Of a stretch of 64,000 bases of DNA, positions 9,544 to 18,383 are shown piece after piece (position 1 is the first letter of the stretch; each line of letters begins with the position of its first letter). Origin of the DNA: Dehalococcoidia bacterium (GTDB lineage Bacteria > Chloroflexota > Dehalococcoidia > Lucifugimonadales > GCA-2712585); assembly GCA_963665075.1 (NCBI GenBank), contig OY762063.1:2539045-2603044 (forward strand). The letters are read 5' to 3'. A model generated the notes under the pieces. It was given only the letters and a program-made list of their open reading frames with translations, did no database searches and had not been told where the DNA came from. The translations under genes and the position numbers were made by a program.

Positions 9544-10607
9544 TCTTCGTCCACCGAATCGGGGTTTCCGTTGGCCCTTGGGTGGCTGGCCATGTATACC
9601 TTCCTGGCCTGCCGCTGGGTGACGTGGGTGTATATCTGGGTGGTGGCGGGGCTGGAGTGACCGAGGAGTTCCTGGACGACGCGGAGGTCGGCGCCGCCTT
9701 CGAGCATGTGGGTGGCGAAGGTGTGGCGCATGCTGTGGGTGTGGGTTTTGGGGTTGATGGCGGACTGGCGGGCGGACTTCTTGACGATTTTCTGGATGCT
9801 GCGGGGGGAGAGGCGACCACCGTATTTATTGAGGAAGAGGGCGTTGGTTGGGGGGGCGCTCGACCCTTCGACAGGCTCAGGGTGAGCGGAGGATGTAGGG
9901 GCGCTCGACCCTTCGACAGGCTCAGGGTGAGCGGAGGATGTAGGGGTGCCAGGGTGAGCGGATGTGTAGAGTTGGGGTCTGGAGGCGGTCATGTAGCGGT
10001 GGAGGGACTGAACGGCGGGGCCGCCGAGGAGGACGATTCGCTCCTTGGAGCCTTTGCCGAAGACCTTGGCTTGTCGCGTTTCCAGGTCTACGTCGTCCAT
10101 ATTAAGGGCGGCGATCTCTGAGAGGCGGACGCCGGAGGAGTAGAGCAGTTCCAGGATGGCCTGGTCGCGGAGGCCGAGGTCGGTGTCGGTGTCGGGGGCT
10201 TGGAGGATTCGTTCCGTTTCGTTTTCGGTGAGGAAGTCTGGGAGGCGCTTTTCGGTCTTGACGCGGAAGGCGCTGCCCTTGGGGACGGGGTTGGTCTTGA
10301 CGATTCCTTCCTGCCGGAGGAAGCGGTAGAAGGCGCGGAGGGAGACGAGCTTGCGGGCGACGCTGACGCGGGCGTAGCCGCCGCGCTTGCCGCGGGCGCG
10401 GGTGGCGAGCCAGGCCAGATAGCGGCGGAGGAAGCGTCGGTCGAGTTGGGCGAAGTCGGCGTTTTCCATCTCAAGAAATCGGTTGAAGGTTGAGAGGTCG
10501 TCGAGATAGACGCGGACGGTGTTTTCGGACCGGCCTTTGGTTCCGATGAGGAAGGCTTTGTACTTGTCGAGGAGTTCTTGTGGGACTGCCATTTTCCATA
10601 CTTCCAT
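9540..10607 (-). CDS. Tyrosine recombinase, XerC/XerD-like, with a repeat-derived in-frame insertion
   Basis: The catalytic set is intact: RLSEIAALNMDDVD, HSMRHTFATHML and LLGHSSPATTQIYTHV. An insert of about 40 aa, TSSAHPEPVEGSSAP x2, lies in the catalytic-domain loop. Confidence 0.85.
   Translation of the reverse strand: MEVWKMAVPQELLDKYKAFLIGTKGRSENTVRVYLDDLSTFNRFLEMENADFAQLDRRFLRRYLAWLATRARGKRGGYARVSVARKLVSLRAFYRFLRQEGIVKTNPVPKGSAFRVKTEKRLPDFLTENETERILQAPDTDTDLGLRDQAILELLYSSGVRLSEIAALNMDDVDLETRQAKVFGKGSKERIVLLGGPAVQSLHRYMTASRPQLYTSAHPGTPTSSAHPEPVEGSSAPTSSAHPEPVEGSSAPPTNALFLNKYGGRLSPRSIQKIVKKSARQSAINPKTHTHSMRHTFATHMLEGGADLRVVQELLGHSSPATTQIYTHVTQRQARKVYMASHPRANGNPDSVDEE
9856..9968. repeat. 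Tandem 45-nt palindromic-repeat units (2 full copies plus 1 partial) inside the recombinase CDS
   Basis: gcgctcgacccttcgacaggctcagggtgagcggaggatgtagggg occurs at 9856-9900 and identically at 9901-9945, with a partial copy at 9947-9968. This is the same module A found in intergenic regions. Confidence 0.9.
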
Positions 10608-10758
10608 AGACTGAATGGCAAGAATGGTACTCCTCGCGGATTCTCAAGTCCGACGAATGGAAATGCGTGATTTCAGACGTTTCAGCGGATATTGCCTTCA
10701 TACCGGCAAAACAATTGCGATTCTTATGTATGGCATACTGCGAAATTAACATAATGCG

Positions 10759-13047
10759 TCAAACCTTCGTCGCAGCCTTGGCGGGTTCGCCCTTCCAGGC
10801 GCAGCGGGTGCAGGAGTGGACGTCGTCCTTGTCTACGACCATGAGGCCCTCGCATTCGGGGCAGGGTTCGGGGAGGGGGCGCTTGTTGACGAGGAATTTG
10901 CACTTGGGGTAGTTGGAGCAGCCGTAGAAGACGCCGCGGCGGGAGCGGCGTTCGAGGAGATCGCCGTCGTCGCACTTGGGGCAGCGGGCGCCGGTCTTCA
11001 TGGGCTTGATGTTGCGGCACTTGGGGTATGCGGAGCAGCCCATGAAGCGACCGAATCTGCCCGTCTTGACGACCATTGGGCTTTCGCACTTGTCGCAAAG
11101 TTCGTCGGTGGTTTCTTCCTGGGCGGGGGCGGCGCCGTTGGCGCCGATCTCCCTGGTGTTGCGGCATTCGGGGAAGCCGGTGCAGGCCATGAAGCGACCG
11201 AATCGGCCCGTCTTGATGACCATAGGCTTGCCGCACTTTTCGCAGATTTCGTCGGTGGGTTCCTCCACCTTCACCCTGGGCATCTTTTCCTTGGCTTCCT
11301 GGAGGGTCTTCTTGAAGGGGGTGTAGAAGTTCTCCAGCATGGGCACCCACTGGCGTTCGCCGCGGGCGATTTCGTCGAGGGAATCCTCCATGTTGGCGGT
11401 GAAGGCCACGTCCATCACGTCGGGGAAGAACTGGGTGAGAAGGTCGCTGACGGAGATGCCGAGGGCGGTGGGGGTGAGGCGATTCTTCTCCCTGGTGACG
11501 TAGTTGCGGTCGGTGAGGGTGGAGAGGATGGGGGCGTAGGTGCTGGGGCGACCGATGCCCTTTTCCTCCAGAAGTTTGACGAGGGTGGCCTCGGTGTAGC
11601 GGGGCGGCGGCTGGGTGAAGTGCTGCTTGGATTCGAGCTTCTTGAAGTCGAGCACGTCGTCCTTCGCCAGCTTGGGAAGGGGCTTGCCGTCTTCCTGTGG
11701 GTCGTCGTCCTTCCCTTCCTTATATAGGGTGGCGAATCCGAGGAATTTCGTCCGGGTGCCGGTGGCGCGGAAGAGGTAGCCCTTTTTCGCATCGTCGCGG
11801 GCGGCGCGGATGTCGGCGGAGGTGGCGTCATAGATGGTGTCGGCCATCTGACAGGCGAGGGTGCGACGCCAGATGAGGGTGTAGAGGCGAAGCTGCTCCG
11901 GCTTGAGCCGACTCTTGAGGGAGTCGGGGGTGCGGAAGATGGAGGTAGGGCGTATGGCCTCGTGGGCCTCCTGGGCGCCCTTGGAGCGGGTCTTGTAGAT
12001 GCGGGCGCCCTTGGGGAGGTAGCGTTCGCCGTACTTCTCGGCGATGTACTTGCGGGCCTCGCCGATGGCGGAGGAGGCCAGGCTGGTGGAGTCGGTTCTC
12101 ATGTAGGTGATGAGGCCGGCGGAGCCTTCCCTGCCGAGGTTGACGCCTTCGTATAGCTGCTGGGCTACGCGCATCGTTCGCCGGGCGGCGAAGCGGAGTT
12201 TGCGACCTGCTTCCTGCTGGAGCGTGCTGGTGGTGAAGGGGGGCGAAGGACGGCGGCGGCGTTCTTTGGTCTTGACGGAGGCGACGACGTAGGTCGCGCC
12301 TTCGAGGTTGGCTTCTATCTCGCGGACTTTGGCTTCGTTGGGAAGCTGAATCTTGCGGCGTTCGCCTTCTATGGAGTGCAAAAGGGCGGGGAAGGTCTTG
12401 GCGTCCTTGGCCAGATTCGCTTCCATCGTCCAGTATTCCTTGGGGTCGAAGGCCTGGATTTCCTTCTCGCGGTCAACAATCTGGCGCAAGGCGACGGACT
12501 GGACGCGACCGGCGGAGAGGCCGCGCTGGACTTTCGACCAGAGGAGGGGGCTGAGCTGGTAGCCGACGAGGCGGTCGAGGATGCGGCGGGCCTGCTGGGC
12601 GTTTACCAGATCGAGGTCCAACGGGCGGGTGTGCTGGAAGGCTTCCTCGATGGCGCCGGGGGTAATTTCGTGGAAGACGATGCGTTGGAGGTCGGGGGAA
12701 TCCAGATCCCATTTGAGGGCCTTGGCGAGATGCCAGGAGATGGCTTCGCCCTCGCGGTCGGGGTCGGTGGCGAGGTAGATGGAGGTGGCGTTCTTGCCAA
12801 GCTGCCGGATTTCCTTGAGGGTGGAGGACTTGTCGCGGGGGACGGAGTAGGTGGGGGCGAATTCGTGGTCCACGTCGATGCCGAGCTTGCCCTTGGGCAG
12901 GTCGCGGACGTGGCCCATCGAGGCGGTAATCTTGTAGTCCTTGCCGAGAATCTTGCCGATGGTTCGGGCTTTCGTGGGGGATTCGACTACCACCAGCTTG
13001 CTGGACGCCTTGCGGGAGCGGGTTTTCTTGGGGGATTTAGCGGCCAT
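10759..13047 (-). CDS. topA: DNA topoisomerase I with C-terminal zinc ribbons
   Basis: LVVVESPTKARTIGK (Toprim), GLITYMRTDS (catalytic Tyr) and four CxxC...CxxC ribbons. ATG 13047 is preceded by AGGAGG. The listed ORF start at 13221 is an upstream extension. Confidence 0.94.
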   Translation of the reverse strand: MAAKSPKKTRSRKASSKLVVVESPTKARTIGKILGKDYKITASMGHVRDLPKGKLGIDVDHEFAPTYSVPRDKSSTLKEIRQLGKNATSIYLATDPDREGEAISWHLAKALKWDLDSPDLQRIVFHEITPGAIEEAFQHTRPLDLDLVNAQQARRILDRLVGYQLSPLLWSKVQRGLSAGRVQSVALRQIVDREKEIQAFDPKEYWTMEANLAKDAKTFPALLHSIEGERRKIQLPNEAKVREIEANLEGATYVVASVKTKERRRRPSPPFTTSTLQQEAGRKLRFAARRTMRVAQQLYEGVNLGREGSAGLITYMRTDSTSLASSAIGEARKYIAEKYGERYLPKGARIYKTRSKGAQEAHEAIRPTSIFRTPDSLKSRLKPEQLRLYTLIWRRTLACQMADTIYDATSADIRAARDDAKKGYLFRATGTRTKFLGFATLYKEGKDDDPQEDGKPLPKLAKDDVLDFKKLESKQHFTQPPPRYTEATLVKLLEEKGIGRPSTYAPILSTLTDRNYVTREKNRLTPTALGISVSDLLTQFFPDVMDVAFTANMEDSLDEIARGERQWVPMLENFYTPFKKTLQEAKEKMPRVKVEEPTDEICEKCGKPMVIKTGRFGRFMACTGFPECRNTREIGANGAAPAQEETTDELCDKCESPMVVKTGRFGRFMGCSAYPKCRNIKPMKTGARCPKCDDGDLLERRSRRGVFYGCSNYPKCKFLVNKRPLPEPCPECEGLMVVDKDDVHSCTRCAWKGEPAKAATKV

Positions 13048-13088
13048 GTGGGGCTTGAGCCTCCTGATTTTTCGTGTTGATTGGTCGG

Positions 13089-14264
13089 TTAGCCATAAAT
13101 CGCGGGCGCTTCGCGGGTGAGGACGTATTGCATTCCGGGCACCTGCTTTACCAAGCCGTTTATCTCCATGATGGTGAGGGCGCTGCTGACCACGTTGATG
13201 GGCAGGCCCGCGCCCCTGCATATCTGGTCGATGTGAACCGGCTCATAGGATATCTGGTTGAGGAGGGTTTTTTCGTCTCCCACAAGCTGCGGAACGGCGG
13301 GTTTCGGCGGAGCTTGCTCGACGGGAACTTCCGCCGCCGTCGCGTCATTCGACTTGAGGGCGAGCCTGGCCTGGATGGGAAGGTTGTAGATGGTGTTAAG
13401 GTTCATCTCCTGGAGGATGTCCTGATAGTTCATCACGAGCTTGGCGCCTTCCTGGATAAGCTGGTTGGGGCCGAAGCTGACGGGGGAGAAGATGCTGCCG
13501 GGGATGCAGAAGACGTCTCTATCCTGCTCCAGGGCGTGTCGGACGGTCCAGATGGCGCCGCTGCCCTTTCCGGCCTCGACGACGAGGGTGCCGAGGGTCA
13601 TGCCGCTCATGAGGCGGTTGCGGCGGGGAAACTGACGGGGGCCGGGGCGGACGCCGAGGGGGTGTTCGCTGATGAGGGCGCCGCCGGTTTCGACGATTTC
13701 CCGGGCCAGCCGGTTGTTTTCTCTGGGATAGATGTGGTCGACGCCGCTGGCCATGACTGCGAGGGTACGTCCGTTGGCGTCGAGGGCCGCGCGGTGGGCG
13801 ACGGTGTCGATGCCGCGGGCGAGGCCGCTGACGACGGTTATGCCGCTGCGGGCGAGGTCGTTGGCGAGAGACTGGGCGGCTTCGCGTCCGTAGGGAGTGG
13901 CGCGCCGGGTGCCGACGAGGGCGATGGAGCGCTGGTCTTCGGGTTCGATTTGGCCCTTGACGTAGAGGACGGGGGGCGGGTCGGGTATCTGCTTGAGGAG
14001 TTCGGGGTAGCCGGAGTGGTTCCAGTTGAAGGCGGAGACGCCGGCGTTTTCGAGGCGTTCGAGCTCGCGGTCGGGGTCGATGGTCTTGCGGCTTTCTTCG
14101 ACGGAATTGACGGCGCGCTTGTCCAGTCCGGCGTTTCTGAGATGTCGGACGGGGGCGTACCAGGCTACTTCGAGGGAGCCGAAGAATCCTTCAAGCAAGC
14201 GAAATCGGGCGGTGCCGAGTTGACGCACCTGGTCGAATGCAATCCAATACTTGAGGTCGCTCAT
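13089..14264 (-). CDS. dprA: DNA-processing protein DprA/Smf
   Basis: IALVGTRRATPYG...VVSGLARGIDTVAHRAAL...FPRRNRLMSGM. ATG 14264 (MSDLKYWIAF) is the likely start, because the longer ORF would run into tRNA-Ser. Confidence 0.88.
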   Translation of the reverse strand: MSDLKYWIAFDQVRQLGTARFRLLEGFFGSLEVAWYAPVRHLRNAGLDKRAVNSVEESRKTIDPDRELERLENAGVSAFNWNHSGYPELLKQIPDPPPVLYVKGQIEPEDQRSIALVGTRRATPYGREAAQSLANDLARSGITVVSGLARGIDTVAHRAALDANGRTLAVMASGVDHIYPRENNRLAREIVETGGALISEHPLGVRPGPRQFPRRNRLMSGMTLGTLVVEAGKGSGAIWTVRHALEQDRDVFCIPGSIFSPVSFGPNQLIQEGAKLVMNYQDILQEMNLNTIYNLPIQARLALKSNDATAAEVPVEQAPPKPAVPQLVGDEKTLLNQISYEPVHIDQICRGAGLPINVVSSALTIMEINGLVKQVPGMQYVLTREAPAIYG

Positions 14265-14317
14265 GGCGGTGAAGCTAGCATAGCATACGGAAATGGGGGC
14301 TACAACGGAGGGGGTGG

Positions 14318-14409
14318 TGGCGGAGAGGGCGGGATTCGAACCCGCGAGGCCGGTTGCCCAGCCTACGCGCTCTCCAGGCGCGCCCATTCGTCCACTCTGG
14401 CACCTCTCC
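14318..14409 (-). tRNA. tRNA-Ser (anticodon GGA), CCA encoded
   Basis: GGAGAGGTGCCAGAGTGGACGAATGGG-CGCGC-CTGGAGA-GCGCG-long variable arm-GCGGGTTCGAATCCCGC-CCTCTCC-G-CCA. The 7-bp acceptor stem, type II variable arm and T-loop TTCGAATCC were folded by hand. Confidence 0.88.
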
Positions 14410-14489
14410 GTGGGTTGAAGACATGGGGTATGAGTACACAGCGTCGGCTATAAAGTATGCATTGCGGGGGAAATTAGTGTCAACAGGGG

Positions 14490-14604
14490 GGAGTGCGCTC
14501 GACCCTTCGTCCTTCGACAAGCTCAGGATGCGTTCAGGGTAAGCGGATGGATGGTGGTTCAGGGTGAACGGGGGACTGGATTCCGGCTTTTACCGGAATG
14601 ACGG
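14490..14604. repeat. Mosaic palindromic repeat array (module A, cagggtgaacgg fragments, module B ggattccggcttttaccggaatgacgg)
   Basis: gcgctcgacccttcg..ttcgacaagctcaggatg. Module B recurs at 63368-63395. Confidence 0.8.
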
Positions 14605-14614
14605 AGGGGGTGAA

Positions 14615-14704
14615 TGGCGGAGAGGGCGGGATTCGAACCCGCGATACGCGCAAACGTATACCGCTTTTCGAGAGCGGCGCCTTCGTCCACTCGGCCACCT
14701 CTCC
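14615..14704 (-). tRNA. tRNA-Ser (anticodon CGA), CCA encoded
   Basis: GGAGAGGTGGCCGAGTGGACGAAGGCG-CCGCT-CTCGAAA-AGCGG-variable arm-GCGGGTTCGAATCCCGC-CCTCTCC-G-CCA. The acceptor and T arms are identical to those of the neighbouring tRNA-Ser. Confidence 0.88.
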
Positions 14705-14834
14705 GGGGGAGGGTCTGGGGGTTCCTGCTAATTATAGCGGAAAGGAGAATGCTGCGTGTAGGGGCGGTTGGTTGTGGGCGCGGCCCTCACCCCCAGTAGA
14801 CCTTTACATAACCCTTTCGTGAGCTTCCAAAAAC

Positions 14835-14905
14835 CTCTTCCCCCTTCACGGGGGAAGATTGAGCCTGTCCTGAGCTTGTCGAAGGGATGGGGGTGATCCC
14901 TCCCT
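14835..14905. repeat. Composite palindromic repeat (module D hairpin cttccccc-ttcac-gggggaag plus module A')
   Basis: Homologous to 4621-4700 in the opposite orientation. Contains the 8-bp hairpin at 14837-14857. Confidence 0.75.
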
Positions 14906-14984
14906 TGAGCAATGGTATATAATTGACTCCACATAACGTAACATTACCCCCATCCACCCACACAGGCAGGTCTAACCCAACTCC

Positions 14985-16763
14985 ATGACCGTTGTAGACG
15001 ACATAAAAGCCAAGCTCGACGTCGCGGACCTGGTCTCCAACTACGTCACCCTCCAGAAGTCCGGCGCCAGCTTCAAGGGCCTCTGCCCCTTCCACGCCGA
15101 AAAGACGCCGTCCTTCTTCGTGTTTCCCAACCGGCAGAGTTGGCGCTGCTTCGGCGCCTGCGCCACCGGCGGCGACGTTTTCTCCTTTTATATGCAGCGG
15201 GAGAACGTGGACTTCCGCCAGGCCCTCCAGGACTTGGCCCGCATGACCGGCACGGAGCTTCCCACCCAGCGCCGGCGGAAGAAGGAAGACCCCCTCTTCA
15301 AGCTCATCGAGGCCGCCGCCAAATTCTTCACCCGCAACCTCGCCTCCTCCGACGGCGCCGAAGCGCGGGCCTACGTCGAAGAACGCGGCATCACCCCCGA
15401 AACCGCCGCCAAATTCCAACTCGGCCTCAGCCCCAACGACGGCTCCGCCATGCGGCGTCATCTCCTATCCCTGGGGTACGCCGAGGGCCAGCTTTCCCTC
15501 GCCGGGCTGGTTTCCCAACCCGAGGAAGGCGCGGGCCAAGACCTGTTCCGTCGTCGCCTCATCTTCCCCATCTGGGACTCCGAAGGCCGCATGGTCGGCT
15601 TTGGCGGTCGCGCCCTCGACGACGCAATGCCCAAGTACCTGAACTCCCGCCAAGGGCCGATTTTCGACAAGAGCAAGATTCTCTTCGGCTTTCACCTCGC
15701 CAGAAACTCCATCAGAAACGGCGGCGCCGCGGTGGTGGTCGAGGGCTATATGGACGCCATCATGGCCCACCAGAACGGCTTCAACAACGTGGTCGCTTCG
15801 ATGGGCACCGCCCTCACAAGCTACCAGACGGACCTCCTCCGCGCGTCCACGGAAGTTGTCATGGCCCTCGACCCCGACGCCGCCGGGCAGGAGGCCACCC
15901 TCCGCAGCATGGAGACTTCCTGGAAGGTCATGCAGAAGCAGGAAGTCTCCCGCTCGCAGCGCAATTCCGTCTACCGCCGCCCCGGCGGCCCGACTCTGAA
16001 GATTGCGCCCCTTCCCGCGGGCAGAGACCCGGACGACATCATCCGCGAAGACCCCGCCGAATGGGAGCGGCTCACGAAGGAAACCCAGCCCGTCTTCGAG
16101 TTTCTGCTGCAAGCCTACGCCCGCCGCTTCGACATCGGAACCCCCCAGGGCAAGTCCGACATGGCCGGCGCCGTCTCCCACCTGGTTTACGCCGCCGCCG
16201 ATCCCTTCGAGCAGGACAGGCACGTCCGCATCCTGGCGGAAGTCCTGGACGTGCCCGAAGCCACGCTGAGGGCAAGAATAGACAGCCCCCGCCCCCAAAG
16301 GCCCACCCGCCGCGTACGCAGGCCGGACACGGCGGCGGCCACCCCCTTCAAGCAGCTTGAGCGCGACCCCCTGGAGGAGCACTGCCTGGCCCTGCTGCTG
16401 CAAAACCCCGATATGTCGGACATGGCCGACGGCCTCCGCTCGGAGATGTTTGAACGGGTGGAGAACCGGGAACTGTTTACAAATTGGCAACGAAGCATCA
16501 CAATAGAGGAGTTGGACGAGGGAATTCGCAGCCATCTCGATTATCTGACCGCCAAGTCGCTTCCGCCCGCCGACCACAAGGATAAGCAGGCGGATCTGTC
16601 CCAGTGCGTCAACCGCCTGCAGGAACGGAGGCTCCGGCAGTTGAAGATTGAGGAGGGCCTGCGTCTATCCGACGTCGACCACGAAGAATTCAACCGATTC
16701 GAGGAGGAAATCCTGAAAGTCAACAGCGACATGGAAGCTCTATTTAGAGCCAGGAGTGTGTGA
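14985..16763 (+). CDS. dnaG: DNA primase
   Basis: Zinc finger [25 protein letters not shown] and Toprim EGYMDAI...ALDPDAAG. Confidence 0.93.
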   Translation: MTVVDDIKAKLDVADLVSNYVTLQKSGASFKGLCPFHAEKTPSFFVFPNRQSWRCFGACATGGDVFSFYMQRENVDFRQALQDLARMTGTELPTQRRRKKEDPLFKLIEAAAKFFTRNLASSDGAEARAYVEERGITPETAAKFQLGLSPNDGSAMRRHLLSLGYAEGQLSLAGLVSQPEEGAGQDLFRRRLIFPIWDSEGRMVGFGGRALDDAMPKYLNSRQGPIFDKSKILFGFHLARNSIRNGGAAVVVEGYMDAIMAHQNGFNNVVASMGTALTSYQTDLLRASTEVVMALDPDAAGQEATLRSMETSWKVMQKQEVSRSQRNSVYRRPGGPTLKIAPLPAGRDPDDIIREDPAEWERLTKETQPVFEFLLQAYARRFDIGTPQGKSDMAGAVSHLVYAAADPFEQDRHVRILAEVLDVPEATLRARIDSPRPQRPTRRVRRPDTAAATPFKQLERDPLEEHCLALLLQNPDMSDMADGLRSEMFERVENRELFTNWQRSITIEELDEGIRSHLDYLTAKSLPPADHKDKQADLSQCVNRLQERRLRQLKIEEGLRLSDVDHEEFNRFEEEILKVNSDMEALFRARSV

Positions 16764-16767
16764 TTAT

Positions 16768-18324
16768 ATGGTAAGCACAAGGAAAATCCGGAGACCCCGC
16801 AAGGCGGACGAAGAGTACCTGGAGTCCCTGTCCAACGGACAGGAAGCCGGCGAAACCGTCAACCTACTCGGCGCGGGCGCCGCCAAGGCCCTGGAGGTGA
16901 TTCCCACCGCCATAACCACCGCCAACGTGAATTCCGGCGACGACTCCCTGGAAGGCGGCGCGGGCCCCCTCAAGGTGGTCGTGCCCCCCTACGCCGTGCA
17001 GATTCAGGCCGAAGACCCCGACTGGGAGCCGGACCTGGAAGGCGCCGAAGTGCTCGACGACCCGGTGCGGATGTATCTCCGGGAAATCGGTCGCGTCCAG
17101 CTGCTGACCTCCGAGGATGAGCGGGTCCTCGCCCGCAGCATGGAGGGCGGCAAGCAGCTGGATGAGCTGGAAGAGCAGCTGAGCGACGGTTCCGGCCGCC
17201 CCGTTCCCGCCTGGGAGATGAGCATTGCGCTGCTCAAGAGGGTGGTCGCAGCCGAGCCTCTGGTCATCTCCCTGGGCCGCCGCCTCGGCATCTGCGAGGA
17301 GCTTACCCTCTTCGCCATAATCACCAATCGGGACGTGCGAGACGCTATCGACGTCCTCCTCGACCGGGAGATTATGGAGAGGGTGGCCGGCGACCTGGAC
17401 TGGGAGATGGACGAGGTGGAGAAGGCCATCATCCAACTCTCGCTGGATAGCTGGGTCTTGCCGCCGGAGAGCGCCAATGTTTTCGGCGATTGCAGCCTGA
17501 GCGTCCTCGGTTCGAAGCTGGAGAACAACGGCAGTCCCGCGAAGCTGAAGCGGGTTGACCCGCGGCTCAGGTATCACATCCTGCGCATCAGGTCGGAAGC
17601 GTTCCGGTCGCAGCAGCACCTCACGGAGGCCAACCTGCGGCTGGTGGTCAGCGTCGCCAAGAAGTACATCGGACGCGGCATGTCCCTGCTGGATCTGATT
17701 CAGGAAGGAAACATCGGACTCATCCGCGCCGTGGAGAAATTCGACTACCGCAAAGGTTACAAGTTCAGCACCTACGCCACCTGGTGGATTCGACAGGCCA
17801 TAACGCGCGCCATCGCCGACCAGGCGCGAACCATACGCATCCCCGTGCACATGGTTGAGACCATCAACAAGCTCATGCGGCACAACCGCCGCCTGCTCCA
17901 GGACTACGGACGCGAGCCCAGCCCTGAGGAGATCGGACGCGAGATGGACCTGACGCCCGAACGGGTGGAGGAGATAATCAAGATTTCCCAGGAGCCGGTT
18001 TCTCTCCAGACCCCCATCGGCGAGGAGGAGGACAGCCACCTGGGTGACTTCATCGAGGACCAGAGCGCACCCGCCCCCTCCGACGCCGCCTCCTTCCAGC
18101 TGTTGAAGGAGCAGATAAGCGACGTTCTCCACACGTTGACGGACAGGGAACGGCGCGTCCTTCAGCTGCGCTTCGGACTGGAGGACGGGCGCAGTCGCAC
18201 CCTTGAAGAGGTTGGACGAGAATTTGGCGTCACCCGCGAGCGCATCCGCCAGATTGAAGCCAAAGCCCTCCGCAAGCTGCGTCACCCCACGCGGTCGAAG
18301 CGGCTGAAGGATTTTCTGGAATAA
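16768..18324 (+). CDS. rpoD: RNA polymerase primary sigma factor
   Basis: [62 protein letters not shown], and region 4 [20 protein letters not shown] 16768 lies 10 nt after AGGAG. Confidence 0.93.
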   Translation: MVSTRKIRRPRKADEEYLESLSNGQEAGETVNLLGAGAAKALEVIPTAITTANVNSGDDSLEGGAGPLKVVVPPYAVQIQAEDPDWEPDLEGAEVLDDPVRMYLREIGRVQLLTSEDERVLARSMEGGKQLDELEEQLSDGSGRPVPAWEMSIALLKRVVAAEPLVISLGRRLGICEELTLFAIITNRDVRDAIDVLLDREIMERVAGDLDWEMDEVEKAIIQLSLDSWVLPPESANVFGDCSLSVLGSKLENNGSPAKLKRVDPRLRYHILRIRSEAFRSQQHLTEANLRLVVSVAKKYIGRGMSLLDLIQEGNIGLIRAVEKFDYRKGYKFSTYATWWIRQAITRAIADQARTIRIPVHMVETINKLMRHNRRLLQDYGREPSPEEIGREMDLTPERVEEIIKISQEPVSLQTPIGEEEDSHLGDFIEDQSAPAPSDAASFQLLKEQISDVLHTLTDRERRVLQLRFGLEDGRSRTLEEVGREFGVTRERIRQIEAKALRKLRHPTRSKRLKDFLE

Positions 18325-18327
18325 TCT

Positions 18328-18375
18328 AATCCCCGCTCGACCCTTCGACAAGCTCAGGATGAGCGGGGAAGGGGC
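18328..18375. repeat. Palindromic repeat module A between the convergent rpoD and peptidase genes (likely also a terminator)
   Basis: ccccgctcgacccttcgacaagctcaggatgagcgggg. The outer arms ccccgctc/gagcgggg are complementary. Confidence 0.8.
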
Positions 18376-18383
18376 GTATAGCC

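Noticed and set aside
10608-10758. Three GAATGG repeats and promoter-like hexamers in the AT-richer spacer upstream of the recombinase gene.
   Set aside because: The motifs are short and could arise by chance in about 150 nt of AT-richer DNA. I could not define a convincing -35/-10 pair with proper spacing.
13074-14453. A 459-aa plus-strand ORF.
   Set aside because: It is antisense to dprA and overlaps tRNA-Ser. Its composition is Gly/Ala/Asp-rich low complexity.
9540-14704. An integrative mobile element, suggested by a tyrosine recombinase lying a few kb from tRNA-Ser genes.
   Set aside because: The recombinase is embedded in a co-directional housekeeping block (aroQ upstream, topA/dprA on the other side). 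It has Xer-type motifs. There are no flanking direct repeats of the tRNA 3' end and no phage or plasmid genes.
15140-16360. A 406-aa alternative-frame ORF within dnaG.
   Set aside because: It is Arg/Pro-rich, while the dnaG frame has zinc-finger and Toprim motifs.
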